A stretch of DNA of 32,125 bases. Source: Nitrospirota bacterium. GTDB taxonomy: Bacteria; Nitrospirota; UBA9217. A model generated the notes under the pieces. It saw nothing but the letters and a program-made list of their open reading frames with translations. It did not search any database and was not told where the DNA came from. Positions 1-8,813 of this stretch are shown here, piece by piece. The translations under genes and the position numbers were made by a program. Position 1 is the stretch's first letter. Every line of letters starts with the position of its first letter. The stretch is from positions 1-32,125 of the forward strand of contig DASPSR010000027.1 in assembly GCA_035623825.1 (NCBI GenBank), in the 5' to 3' direction.

Positions 1-2545
1 TTCACCGCAACTGCTCCCGATGGGCTGATGCTACCGTTCGCTCCCGCACTAGCCGTGATGGTAAAGGTGTTGATCGCGAATGTCGCCGATATCGTGTGGG
101 CAGTCGTTACAAGTGTGAACGTATAAGAGGTCTGGGCGCCAATCGAAACCCCGTCTACCTGGACATCGGCAATGGAATAGCCGGTAGTCGGCGTGATCGT
201 GAACGTCTGGCTTGCATTGTAATTCACCGCAACTGCTCCCGACGGGCTGATGCCGCCTCCCGTTCCCGCACTCGCCGTGATGGTGGGGTTAAGTCCGAAT
301 GTCGCCGATATGGTGTGGGCAGCCGTTACACTGCTAAATGTATACGACGTTATCGCTCCTTGCGAAACCCCGTCCACCAGAACGCTGGCTATGGAGTAGC
401 CGGTATTCGGCGTGATCGTGAACGTCTGGTTTGCACCGTAATTCACTACCACTGCTCCCGATGGGCTGATACCGCCGTTCGCTCCCGCACTCGCCGTGAT
501 GGTGGGGTTAAGTCCGAATGTCGCCGATATGGTGTGGGCAGCCGTTACACTGCTAAATGTATACGACGATACCGCTCCTTGCGAAACCCCGTCAACGAGC
601 ACGCTGACAATGGAGTAGGCGGTATTCGGCGTGATCGTGAACGTCTGGCTTGCACCGTAATTCACCGCCACTGCTCCCGATGGGCTGATGCCGCCTCCCG
701 TTCCCGCACTCGCCGTGATGGTAAAGGTGTTGATCGCGAATGTCGCCGATATGGTGTGGGCAGCCGTCACACTGCTAAATGTATACGACGTTATCGCTCC
801 TTGCGAAACGCCGTCCACCAGGACGCTGGCAATGGAGTAGCCGGTATTCGGCGTGATCGTAAACGAAAGGCTCCCGCCATAACTCACCAGAAACTGCTGA
901 GATGTGCCCGAGGACACAATGGTGCCTCCTGATTGGAGCGTGCCTCCTGCGCCTGCCGTCGCCGTAATAATGTTTGTGCCTTGCAGGAAGGCTACTGATA
1001 TGCTATGACCGGCTGTTACATTATAGAAAGTATACGAGGTGGGAGCTCCTACATTAGCACCATCGACTATCACTGCCGAAACATAGTATCCGGTCACCGG
1101 CGTGAACGTGAACGTCTGGTTTGCACCATAAGCAACCGATACCGAACCCGACGGGGTGATGGTCCCGTTCGCGCCCGCGCTCGCCGTGATAGTATTGGTG
1201 CTGAGCGTGAATGTCGCGCTGATCGTATGGTTGGCGGTCACATTGGTGAACGTGTAGGAGGTCACCGCTCCCTGCGAAACTCCGTCCACCAGAACGCTGG
1301 TGATGGAATAGCCGGCATTTGGCGTGATCGTGAATGTCTGGCTTGCACCAGAAGTCACCGACACCGAACCCGAGGGGCTTATGCTGCCTCCCGCGCCTGC
1401 GCTCGCCGTGATGACTGGGTTGAGCGCAAATGTCGCCGATATTGTGTGGTTGGCTATGACGTTGGTGAACGTGTAGGAGGTAACCGCTCCCTGCGAAACG
1501 CCGTCAACAAGCACGCTGACAATGGCGTAGCCGGCATTCGGCGTGATCGTGAATGAGCGGCTTCCGCCATAGCTCACCAGAAATTGCTCAGATGAGCTGG
1601 AGGATACAATAGTTCCTCCTGATTGGAGTGTGCCTCCTGCGCCTGCCGTCGCCGTAATGGTGTAGCTCCCCTGTGCAAAGGCTACGGCTATGGTGTGGTT
1701 TGCCGTTACAGTATAAAATGTATACGAGTTAGGCAAGCCTACGTTAACACCATCGACCGTCACTGCCGAAACATAGTATCCGGTCGCCGGCGTGAACGTG
1801 AACGTCTGGTTCGCACCATAAGTAACCGATACTGAACCCGACGGGGTGATGGTCCCGTTCGCGCCCGCGCTTGCCGTGATGACGGGGTTGGCCGCAAATG
1901 TCGTCGATATCGTGTGGTTGGCTATGACGTTGGTGAACGTGTAGCCCGAAGTAGGCAGCGGCGTTACCGCGACACCGTCCACCGAAACGCCGGTAAGATA
2001 GTAGCCGGCATTCGGCGTGAACGTGAACGTCTGTGATCCTCCATAAGCTACAGTTACTGATCCGGAGGGGGTGATGGTGCCGTTCGTGGCCGGGTTTACC
2101 GTGATGACAGGGTTGGCTGAGAAGCTCGCTTGTACCGTGCAGTTCTGAGTTATCGCGTTCGTTGTATAGGTTGTCCCGACAAGGGTTCCGCCGCAGGTGC
2201 CGCCCACTGTGTTGATATGATAGTTGAGATTCGGGGTAATTGTGAAAACCTGCGTTGTGTTGTAGCTCACCAAAACCGTTCCGGAAGGGCTGATGCTCCC
2301 GTTCGTACCCGCGGTCGCCGTGATAGCCATGAGGAAACTTGCGCTGATCGTATGATCGGATGTCACCCCGCTGAACGTATAAGAAGTTATTGGACCCTGC
2401 GAAACACCATCCACCAGCACATCGTCGACGGAATAGCCGGCATTCGGGGTGATCGTGAAAGTTGGGCTTGAATTGAGGTTCTCATTCAGTGCTCCGGAGG
2501 GCGTGATGGTGCCTCCTGGGCCCGCGCTGGCTGTGATGGTGAAGC
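1..2545 (-). repeat. Intragenic tandem repeats encoding the B-repeat-like stalk (unit ~219-245 nt)
   Basis: Near-identical blocks start at 282 and 501 (219 nt apart), 61 and 721 (660 nt apart), 921 and 1611, and 1061 and 1751 (690 nt apart). Confidence 0.9.
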
Positions 2546-3983
2546 TCGCCGGCGCTTCGGTCGTAAAGTTCCAGGTACTGTTGTTGGGGAGCGCTTTTCC
2601 AGCGACATCAGTGGCCCCCAGAGTCGTCGTAGGAGTTGTCGTAGAAATTATCGTAGCAGTGTAGGGGGTGGCATATGACAAGTCCTGTGAGGGTATGAAG
2701 ATAACCGCGGCTCCATTGGTTTTAACTTCCCCGGGGAGCGGTACTTTATTTGGATCGTTCTGAGCTACAAGTACGAACGTGGTCGGGGTGATCGAGCTTG
2801 CGAGCATTGATTCACTGAAGAGGGCGACAACCTGTTTATAGACCGACACATTATTTTGATTCGAGGTGGGCCACATGGCCAGCACGGACAGCGGTACGAT
2901 ATCCGCGGATTGCGGCCCTGTCGTGAACTGCCAGGTGGAATCAATTGCCATGTAGTTGCCTGCCAGGTCCTGCACGCCGTAATCAGTAAGTGAATACCCT
3001 TTGATTGTTACAACGTAGGTAGTCGAATGCGCGAGAGGACTGGCCGGCGTAAAAACAACGGTGTTCCCGTAACTCTTGATATCGCCCGGGATCGTGGTTG
3101 TTCCTTGGCTCACGATAAAATGAGTAGGGGTTATGGTGACCAGGTCCATCGGTTCGCTGAATGTGGCACTGATTGGTGTATTAACCGATACATTTGTAGC
3201 GTTGTTATTTGGGACGAGCGGTGCGACAGTCGGCGCTGTGGTGTTATAAGACGCTCCAGTCTGGAAATTCGATACAAAGGGGCTCGCCATCGGGGCCCCG
3301 GTTGTATCGGTCACGCCTGTCGAGATTGTGAGGACATAATTAGTGTTGCTGGCAAAATCGTTATCAGGATAAAATGTGGCCGCGTTTAATGTCTGATTAT
3401 ACTCAACACTTCCATAGTAGCCTCCGGCAGCGTTACTGAGCGAAATATTACTCGTCCAGATCGTATCCGGGTCCATCGGTTTACTGAACAAGATGGAGAT
3501 CGCTGTCCTGAGGCTTGCATTTTTTGATCGGTCGGCAGGCTGGATATCTACTACTCGTGGCGGCGGAAATGATTGTGTCGTAAAATAGAAAATCTGGGCA
3601 GTGGCCATGGGGATGCCATATGAGTCCGTTACGTCGGTGCTGACCCCGATCTTATATCTTGTATGCGGGTTCAGATTTTGTGACGGCGTGAAAACGGTAA
3701 CAGCGCCTACGGTGCTATATGAGCCTGCAACGGTGTTGCTGTCGGTATCTGATATTATGGGCACCGAAGACTCGTTGATGGTAGAAGCGTCCATAACTTT
3801 GCTGAACGTTAACGTGATCGTACCCGTGATAGGAAAGTCTGCAGTCCCATCGGAGGGGCTGACCGTGGTCACGCTTGGCGGTGTCTTATCAGGAGGCGGA
3901 ACGGGACCCAGGCGGCCGCATGCGGTGAGCAACAATGCCCCTGTTTGAATTAATACGAGAGTGATAAAGGTCAGCTTTTTCAT
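1..3983 (-). CDS. Giant surface lipoprotein: 4 SbsA/Big_5-like Ig domains plus at least 11 divergent InlB B-repeat (Flg_new_2-like) units; 3' end outside the window
   Basis: Not in the ORF track. ATG at 3983 follows GGAG. Translated by hand: MKKLTFITLVLIQTGALLLTA-C (lipobox), four 'P.V....P......V.....I...FS..MD...FTP...L...T.Y' domains, then ~73-80 aa repeats TITASAG.NG.I.PSG...TFTITP..GY....V.VDG.......YTF..V...HTI.A.F. The frame at position 3 matches the start frame (>1327 codons). Confidence 0.9.
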   Translation of the reverse strand, partial: MKKLTFITLVLIQTGALLLTACGRLGPVPPPDKTPPSVTTVSPSDGTADFPITGTITLTFSKVMDASTINESSVPIISDTDSNTVAGSYSTVGAVTVFTPSQNLNPHTRYKIGVSTDVTDSYGIPMATAQIFYFTTQSFPPPRVVDIQPADRSKNASLRTAISILFSKPMDPDTIWTSNISLSNAAGGYYGSVEYNQTLNAATFYPDNDFASNTNYVLTISTGVTDTTGAPMASPFVSNFQTGASYNTTAPTVAPLVPNNNATNVSVNTPISATFSEPMDLVTITPTHFIVSQGTTTIPGDIKSYGNTVVFTPASPLAHSTTYVVTIKGYSLTDYGVQDLAGNYMAIDSTWQFTTGPQSADIVPLSVLAMWPTSNQNNVSVYKQVVALFSESMLASSITPTTFVLVAQNDPNKVPLPGEVKTNGAAVIFIPSQDLSYATPYTATIISTTTPTTTLGATDVAGKALPNNSTWNFTTEAPASFTITASAGPGGTITPSGALNENLNSSPTFTITPNAGYSVDDVLVDGVSQGPITSYTFSGVTSDHTISASFLMAITATAGTNGSISPSGTVLVSYNTTQVFTITPNLNYHINTVGGTCGGTLVGTTYTTNAITQNCTVQASFSANPVITVNPATNGTITPSGSVTVAYGGSQTFTFTPNAGYYLTGVSVDGVAVTPLPTSGYTFTNVIANHTISTTFAANPVITASAGANGTITPSGSVSVTYGANQTFTFTPATGYYVSAVTVDGVNVGLPNSYTFYTVTANHTIAVAFAQGSYTITATAGAGGTLQSGGTIVSSSSSEQFLVSYGGSRSFTITPNAGYAIVSVLVDGVSQGAVTSYTFTNVIANHTISATFALNPVITASAGAGGSISPSGSVSVTSGASQTFTITPNAGYSITSVLVDGVSQGAVTSYTFTNVTANHTISATFTLSTNTITASAGANGTITPSGSVSVAYGANQTFTFTPVTGYYVSAVIVDGANVGAPTSYTFYNVTAGHSISVAFLQGTNIITATAGAGGTLQSGGTIVSSGTSQQFLVSYGGSLSFTITPNTGYSIASVLVDGVSQGAITSYTFSSVTAAHTISATFAINTFTITASAGTGGGISPSGAVAVNYGASQTFTITPNTAYSIVSVLVDGVSQGAVSSYTFSSVTAAHTISATFGLNPTITASAGANGGISPSGAVVVNYGANQTFTITPNTGYSIASVLVDGVSQGAITSYTFSSVTAAHTISATFGLNPTITASAGTGGGISPSGAVAVNYNASQTFTITPTTGYSIADVQVDGVSIGAQTSYTFTLVTTAHTISATFAINTFTITASAGANGSISPSGAVAV

Positions 3984-4061
3984 ATTATTCTTCTCCGCTT
4001 GTTCTGGGTGGTTACTAATTGCCTTCTAGTCTGTCCAGGAGACAAGCACGATCATGGCACA

Positions 4062-5402
4062 TCAGAACCGCTTACTGAGTCCTACGATGAATCTGTTGTT
4101 GATATAATTGTCGGAGTAATTTTCGGGACAATAGGAATTCGTGAACTCATATTCCAGATTCAGAGTAAGATCTGGCCGTATAATTCGGTCAAAGCTAACG
4201 CCGGTGTGCCAGAGGGATATGACTGTATATGGACTTACAGTATAATCCTCCAGCCGCTCGATACTTTCCACGATGTGGAACGTTAGGGTTGGTGACAATA
4301 CATGGGTCAAGAAACCGGTCAGACCGTAAGTAGTGTTCTCAAGATGATTCGTCTGAGCGTTTCGGTACTCGTAGTAACCTACTGAAACCTGATAGGTGGT
4401 CCGTGGGTCCGTCTTTGAGACGGTTCCAACATATAGGTCCTCTCTTCTCAGGACACGGGTAGGATCATGGATATAGTCGGACTTCATCTGGTACGCAACA
4501 GTGACCGTAGAATAGCGATGGGTTATGCCTGTGTCCCAGATCACATGATTGGTTGTGTAACAACACTGGTATGTGAAAATGCCCGTGGGAACTCCGCTAG
4601 TCCAATTCAGGAAGCTTTCCCCGATCAGCAAATATACGAATGAGTTTTGTGCATAGGTGTATTTCGGACCGGCATAAACGACGGTCTGATCATAATTCTG
4701 AACGTCATTTGTATCCTGCGTAAACCGTACTCCCGTAGTGAAAGTCACTTTCGATGAAAGATCCGTTATCATCTCGGCATAACCGATATTATCGACCGTG
4801 CCAATGGCGGTAGGGTCTTTATACCACGTGTTTACATATTTATACCCAAGAATTGGCGTATAGCGGGATTCGGACCTCATAACCAGGTAGGGGTTAAAAG
4901 TAAAGATATTCTCCCGGGTCACATTTACAAACGTGCTTTCCGTGGTCCAATCTCTCGCGGTATCGAGCGAAGCCCTCGTGAAAGTATCCAGAATATCGAT
5001 GAAGAATAAATTCTTTACCAGCTCTGTATGGTTATTAAGATTGGCCAGAATCGTAGAGTCACCTGTCTCGGAACGTTTCGCATAATACCGAAAATCGTAG
5101 GCCAGGTCGAGATGCCAGGTCCAGAGAGGTGTTTTATAATCGAGAGTGAAAGCCGGAATAACGCTGGTGATGTAATCGTCTACTTTGTTGTATCTCGTAA
5201 GAAAGACATTATCATTGTATTCTTCGCTCACCGCGATGGACGGTAGAGCCTTGATATCCGCCGACACCGCATCGCCAGGCCAAACAGTGAACGATAAAGC
5301 CAGCCCTATAAGAAACCAAAAGACGGGGCGTAAGGAGACCACCATGATGATTGTTAGATTACGAGTTCTCCGGGTTCGCGCCATTATTCCCGCCGTCTGC
5401 AT
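4062..5402 (-). CDS. PEP-CTERM system-associated outer membrane beta-barrel (TIGR03016-like); true start may be ATG 5345
   Basis: Signal peptide, then PSIAVSEEYNDNVF and DDYITSVIP. Alternating Tyr/Thr-rich beta strands, C-terminal Phe (VGLSKRF), located after the EPS kinase. Confidence 0.8.
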   Translation of the reverse strand: MQTAGIMARTRRTRNLTIIMVVSLRPVFWFLIGLALSFTVWPGDAVSADIKALPSIAVSEEYNDNVFLTRYNKVDDYITSVIPAFTLDYKTPLWTWHLDLAYDFRYYAKRSETGDSTILANLNNHTELVKNLFFIDILDTFTRASLDTARDWTTESTFVNVTRENIFTFNPYLVMRSESRYTPILGYKYVNTWYKDPTAIGTVDNIGYAEMITDLSSKVTFTTGVRFTQDTNDVQNYDQTVVYAGPKYTYAQNSFVYLLIGESFLNWTSGVPTGIFTYQCCYTTNHVIWDTGITHRYSTVTVAYQMKSDYIHDPTRVLRREDLYVGTVSKTDPRTTYQVSVGYYEYRNAQTNHLENTTYGLTGFLTHVLSPTLTFHIVESIERLEDYTVSPYTVISLWHTGVSFDRIIRPDLTLNLEYEFTNSYCPENYSDNYINNRFIVGLSKRF

Positions 5403-6369
5403 GGTCTGAGGCTTTTGACGTATCTTCGCCGTCAGTATCGTCCAGCGCTTTTACATCGTTTCCTTCATTGGCATACTCCAGCGCTTTTGCAGCATGTTCG
5501 CCATGAGTGTGGCCTAACTGTTTTACGTTCCTCTGGGACTCTGAATGGTAATAGTAGGGATAGAGGTTCTTTGCAAGGTACTTTGGTACATCATTGAATA
5601 CGGTGCCGAGGATGTTGTACCCCTTTATGGAAGAAATGGCCTGTGTCACGGCTTTCTTGGGTGTCCTAGCTGCATGGACGACGAAGATTATGCCATCCAT
5701 GTAGTCGCAGAGCGACAGGGAGTCAGCAGTCATGAGCACCGGGGATGAGTCAAAAATAATGTATCTGTCCCGATACCGGTGCTTTATCTCTCGTATCAGG
5801 GATCTCATCCGGTCCGAGGAGATAAGTACTGCCGGGTTCTCCACCTGGCTGCCCGCGGGCAGAACGACAAGCTTCCCAATTCCCGTTTTGATCAGGATGT
5901 CGGAGAGGGACAGGTCGTTACGATGTTGCAGATAGTCGCTCAGCCCGTATGGCTGGTTCAAGCCGAGATATCTATGGACACTTGGTTTCCTCAAATCCGC
6001 ATCGATGAGAAGGACTGTATGATCGATCTCGTGGGCGATGGCAACAGCGAGATTGATCGCGGTCACGGTCTTCCCCTCGCCGGCCTGGCTGCTTGTCACC
6101 ATGAGGGTATTCAGAAAATCCTTCTCGGTAACTTGAAAGATCTTCGCCCGAAGTTTCCGGTATTCCTCCGCTGCGGAAGAGTAGGGATCTGTTATGCTGA
6201 CAATATGCCGGTCAACGGAGGCTGGATCGACCCCCCCCTCGCTGACCTCAAAGACAGACGGGTCGCACTTGTTATAGGTGGTGGGCCAATAAGCACCACG
6301 GCCGTATGCTGCCTCAGGCTTTCTCAACTTTAACGCTTTTTCGAGTGCTCGTTCTATCCTGCTCATCAC
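5359..6369 (-). CDS. XrtA/PEP-CTERM-associated polysaccharide biosynthesis tyrosine autokinase (stand-alone BY-kinase)
   Basis: MSRIERALEKA N-terminus, AEEYRKLR, Walker A GEGKT, A' LLIDADLRKP, Walker B IIFDSSP, Tyr cluster YPYYY. Confidence 0.92.
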   Translation of the reverse strand: MMSRIERALEKALKLRKPEAAYGRGAYWPTTYNKCDPSVFEVSEGGVDPASVDRHIVSITDPYSSAAEEYRKLRAKIFQVTEKDFLNTLMVTSSQAGEGKTVTAINLAVAIAHEIDHTVLLIDADLRKPSVHRYLGLNQPYGLSDYLQHRNDLSLSDILIKTGIGKLVVLPAGSQVENPAVLISSDRMRSLIREIKHRYRDRYIIFDSSPVLMTADSLSLCDYMDGIIFVVHAARTPKKAVTQAISSIKGYNILGTVFNDVPKYLAKNLYPYYYHSESQRNVKQLGHTHGEHAAKALEYANEGNDVKALDDTDGEDTSKASDHADGGNNGANPENS

Positions 6370-6378
6370 TGTCCTCCG

Positions 6379-7947
6379 TTAAAAATGCAGACCTGTGAAC
6401 CCCAACCTGTAGAGTACTTCTGCGACAAGCACGAGTCCTATGAGCGAAAGGTAGGCTATGGTAGCGGTAAATACCTTTTTGTCAAGCATGGCTTCCGCGC
6501 GGACATCCGCCTCGGTGACAACAGAAGGCACAGCTGCCAGGACGGGCAGGCTCAACCCTTCCCGGAGAGTATCCTCATCCTTGAACGAATAATCGAAATA
6601 ATCCAGACCCACAGCGGCACCCACTCCAGCGGCAATACCGACCGCAAGGCCTGCGAAGATAAGAATGATCCTGTTCGGCTTGACGGGGATGCGAGGAAGC
6701 AGCGGCGTATCCACCACTCGGTACGTTGTGCTTTTATCTGCAAGCTCCATGTTCATCGATACCCGTGCATTCTCCAGTTTTTGCAAGAGATCATCATATA
6801 TCTTCTGATATACGTTCCGGTCTCGTTGTAGCCTCGACCACTCCTCCTGCTCCTTTGGCATTTGTCCAAGGATTTTGCGTCCCACATCCTGTTGCTTCGC
6901 CAGCTCGTCCATCCTCGCGCTCAAAGACTCGATTTCTGTTTCGGTCTTTTGCAACTCCTCTTTTATTTGTCGGTATACCGGGTTAAGGGCCCTCGTCTCC
7001 GCGCCCGCATTAAGATTTTTTTCCGGTGACGGTGCCTGCTCAACTTGCCTTTTCAGCTCTTCTATTTCACTTTTTACCTTGATGACTTCGGGATAGTCTT
7101 CAGTATACTTGGTCATCAATATCATGAGCTGGCTATTGAGGTAACTTAAGCGTGACTCCGGCGAACCTTCCTTGGATATAAATGCAATAGTAAGCTCTTT
7201 TTCACCAGAAAGCTGTTTTTGAAGACTTTCCCGTTTTCTCTGTAATTCCTTAAGCCTGATCTCTCCGTCGATGCGGGCGTTTTGAAAGTTCTCAATTCTT
7301 CCTAAGACCGTGGTTTCATTCTGTGGAACCATATGTGGGTTTCTTTCCCTGAAGTCCCGGATCGTTCTGTCGGAAAGCTCCAGTTTTCTCTTGTATTCCT
7401 TGAGCTGCGCTTCGATGAAGTCGTAAGCGCCCACGGCGTCTGACCGCTGAAATCGCACGCTATCCTCTATGAACTCTTTAACAAGAGTATCGACCAGGTC
7501 TCGTACCGCCTTCGGGTCGCTTCCCTGGTACGAAACCGTGAAGAGATCGGGCTCCCGCTCCCCGGAGCTGCGCATGGTTACCAGGAGGCTTTTCTGGATG
7601 CCTGCTGCCAGCTCATCATCCTGACTGGGAGTCTTCAGGTTTTTGTCCAGCTCAAGTTTCTTAATGACCCGTTCTATGATGCTCCTGCTTGTTATCCTGT
7701 TTCGGATACCCCTTTGCCTTTCTTCCGTCGTGACGGAAACCCCTACGCCCTGTATGAGCGGCTTGATGATCCCAACGTTATCGATAGAAACGGTGGCGCT
7801 TGCCTCATAGGTCTTAGACATGAGAAAACTTCCCCACGTAAAAAGCGAGAGCACAACGAGGGCCACGGAGAGCGCTAAGTATCTCCTGCGCTGGAGGATC
7901 CCTAAATATCGTTTAATATCAAAATCTTGTGAACTTTCGTCTAACAT
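6379..7947 (-). CDS. Polysaccharide chain-length determinant / co-polymerase (XrtA-system Wzz/GumC type)
   Basis: N-terminal TM followed by YEASATV, long coiled coil, YTEDYPEV motif, VVDTPLLPRIPVKPNR, then C-terminal TM segments. Confidence 0.9.
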   Translation of the reverse strand: MLDESSQDFDIKRYLGILQRRRYLALSVALVVLSLFTWGSFLMSKTYEASATVSIDNVGIIKPLIQGVGVSVTTEERQRGIRNRITSRSIIERVIKKLELDKNLKTPSQDDELAAGIQKSLLVTMRSSGEREPDLFTVSYQGSDPKAVRDLVDTLVKEFIEDSVRFQRSDAVGAYDFIEAQLKEYKRKLELSDRTIRDFRERNPHMVPQNETTVLGRIENFQNARIDGEIRLKELQRKRESLQKQLSGEKELTIAFISKEGSPESRLSYLNSQLMILMTKYTEDYPEVIKVKSEIEELKRQVEQAPSPEKNLNAGAETRALNPVYRQIKEELQKTETEIESLSARMDELAKQQDVGRKILGQMPKEQEEWSRLQRDRNVYQKIYDDLLQKLENARVSMNMELADKSTTYRVVDTPLLPRIPVKPNRIILIFAGLAVGIAAGVGAAVGLDYFDYSFKDEDTLREGLSLPVLAAVPSVVTEADVRAEAMLDKKVFTATIAYLSLIGLVLVAEVLYRLGFTGLHF

Positions 7948-7956
7948 GGAATCCTC

Positions 7957-8805
7957 CTAAAATATATTGCTGTTAACCACGACGATGTCACCGGGCTGCA
8001 GAAAGATGTTTCTATTGATGTTCCCGTTCATAACATCCTTTAATTTCACCTCGATGTTCTTGACCGAAGTCCCGTCCTTTCTTACCACAATAACGCTATT
8101 CTGACTTGCGAATTCCGTAAACCCGCCGGCACTCAGAACCGCATCAAGCGCAGTCATGCCTTCCGAAAAGGGAACGATTACCGGCGTCTTCACGGCTCCC
8201 GTTACCCGGATGCGCTGATCGAAATTATCCGGGATATAGATCACGTCGTTTGCGGCAAGTTCAATATCTTGCGAAACGTCGCCCCTTGCGACGAGCTGCG
8301 AAAAGTCAACGGATAGCTTCTGACCTCCTCGTAGTAGATAAGCGTTCTTCAAATCGGCGTTTTTCAGGGAGCCGAGTTGCGCCAGCAGTTGTATAAGCGT
8401 TGTATTTTTTCTCAGCGTTATGACACCGGATGAGGAAGCTCCAGTGGCCGTCGCACCTACCGTGGGTGTCCGCGAGACCCCTTCTCCGAACACGTATACC
8501 TTGAAGCTGTTGACCGCGGTCACCATAACGCTCACCACGGGAGTTTTCACGAATTTCGAAAACCCTTGTTCGAGTTTTACCTTCAGCTCCTGTGGGGTGA
8601 CCCCCGTAGCCTGCACATCTCCCAGGAGCGGCACGGAAATCTTCCCGTCGGGCCTTACCGGGACTGTGACGCTCAGTTCCTGGTTTCCCCATACCGATAT
8701 CTGCAGAACGTCCTCGTCGCCGATGATGTATCCGCCAGCCATTGCCGTCAGGTACATTGTAAAGATAAGAACAACCGCGACCATACAACTAGCCAACGTT
8801 CTCAT
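7957..8805 (-). CDS. wza: Polysaccharide export (OPX/Wza-family) protein, Poly_export plus 2 SLBB domains
   Basis: YIIGDEDVLQISVW, VRPDGKISVPLLGDVQA, ALDAVLSAGGFTEFA, LQPGDIVVV. Cleavable signal peptide with no lipobox. Confidence 0.9.
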   Translation of the reverse strand: MRTLASCMVAVVLIFTMYLTAMAGGYIIGDEDVLQISVWGNQELSVTVPVRPDGKISVPLLGDVQATGVTPQELKVKLEQGFSKFVKTPVVSVMVTAVNSFKVYVFGEGVSRTPTVGATATGASSSGVITLRKNTTLIQLLAQLGSLKNADLKNAYLLRGGQKLSVDFSQLVARGDVSQDIELAANDVIYIPDNFDQRIRVTGAVKTPVIVPFSEGMTALDAVLSAGGFTEFASQNSVIVVRKDGTSVKNIEVKLKDVMNGNINRNIFLQPGDIVVVNSNIF

Positions 8806-8813
8806 ATTGCCTC

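Noticed and set aside
1-2545. Repeats as a CRISPR array or DGR template/variable pair
   Set aside because: Units are ~220-245 nt in-frame protein domains with no spacers, and there is no cas or reverse transcriptase gene in the window.
96-3948. Arg/Cys-rich repetitive plus-strand ORFs (96-932, 1005-1556, 2130-2471, 3027-3389 and others)
   Set aside because: Antisense shadows of the giant minus-strand lipoprotein; their repeats mirror its repeats.
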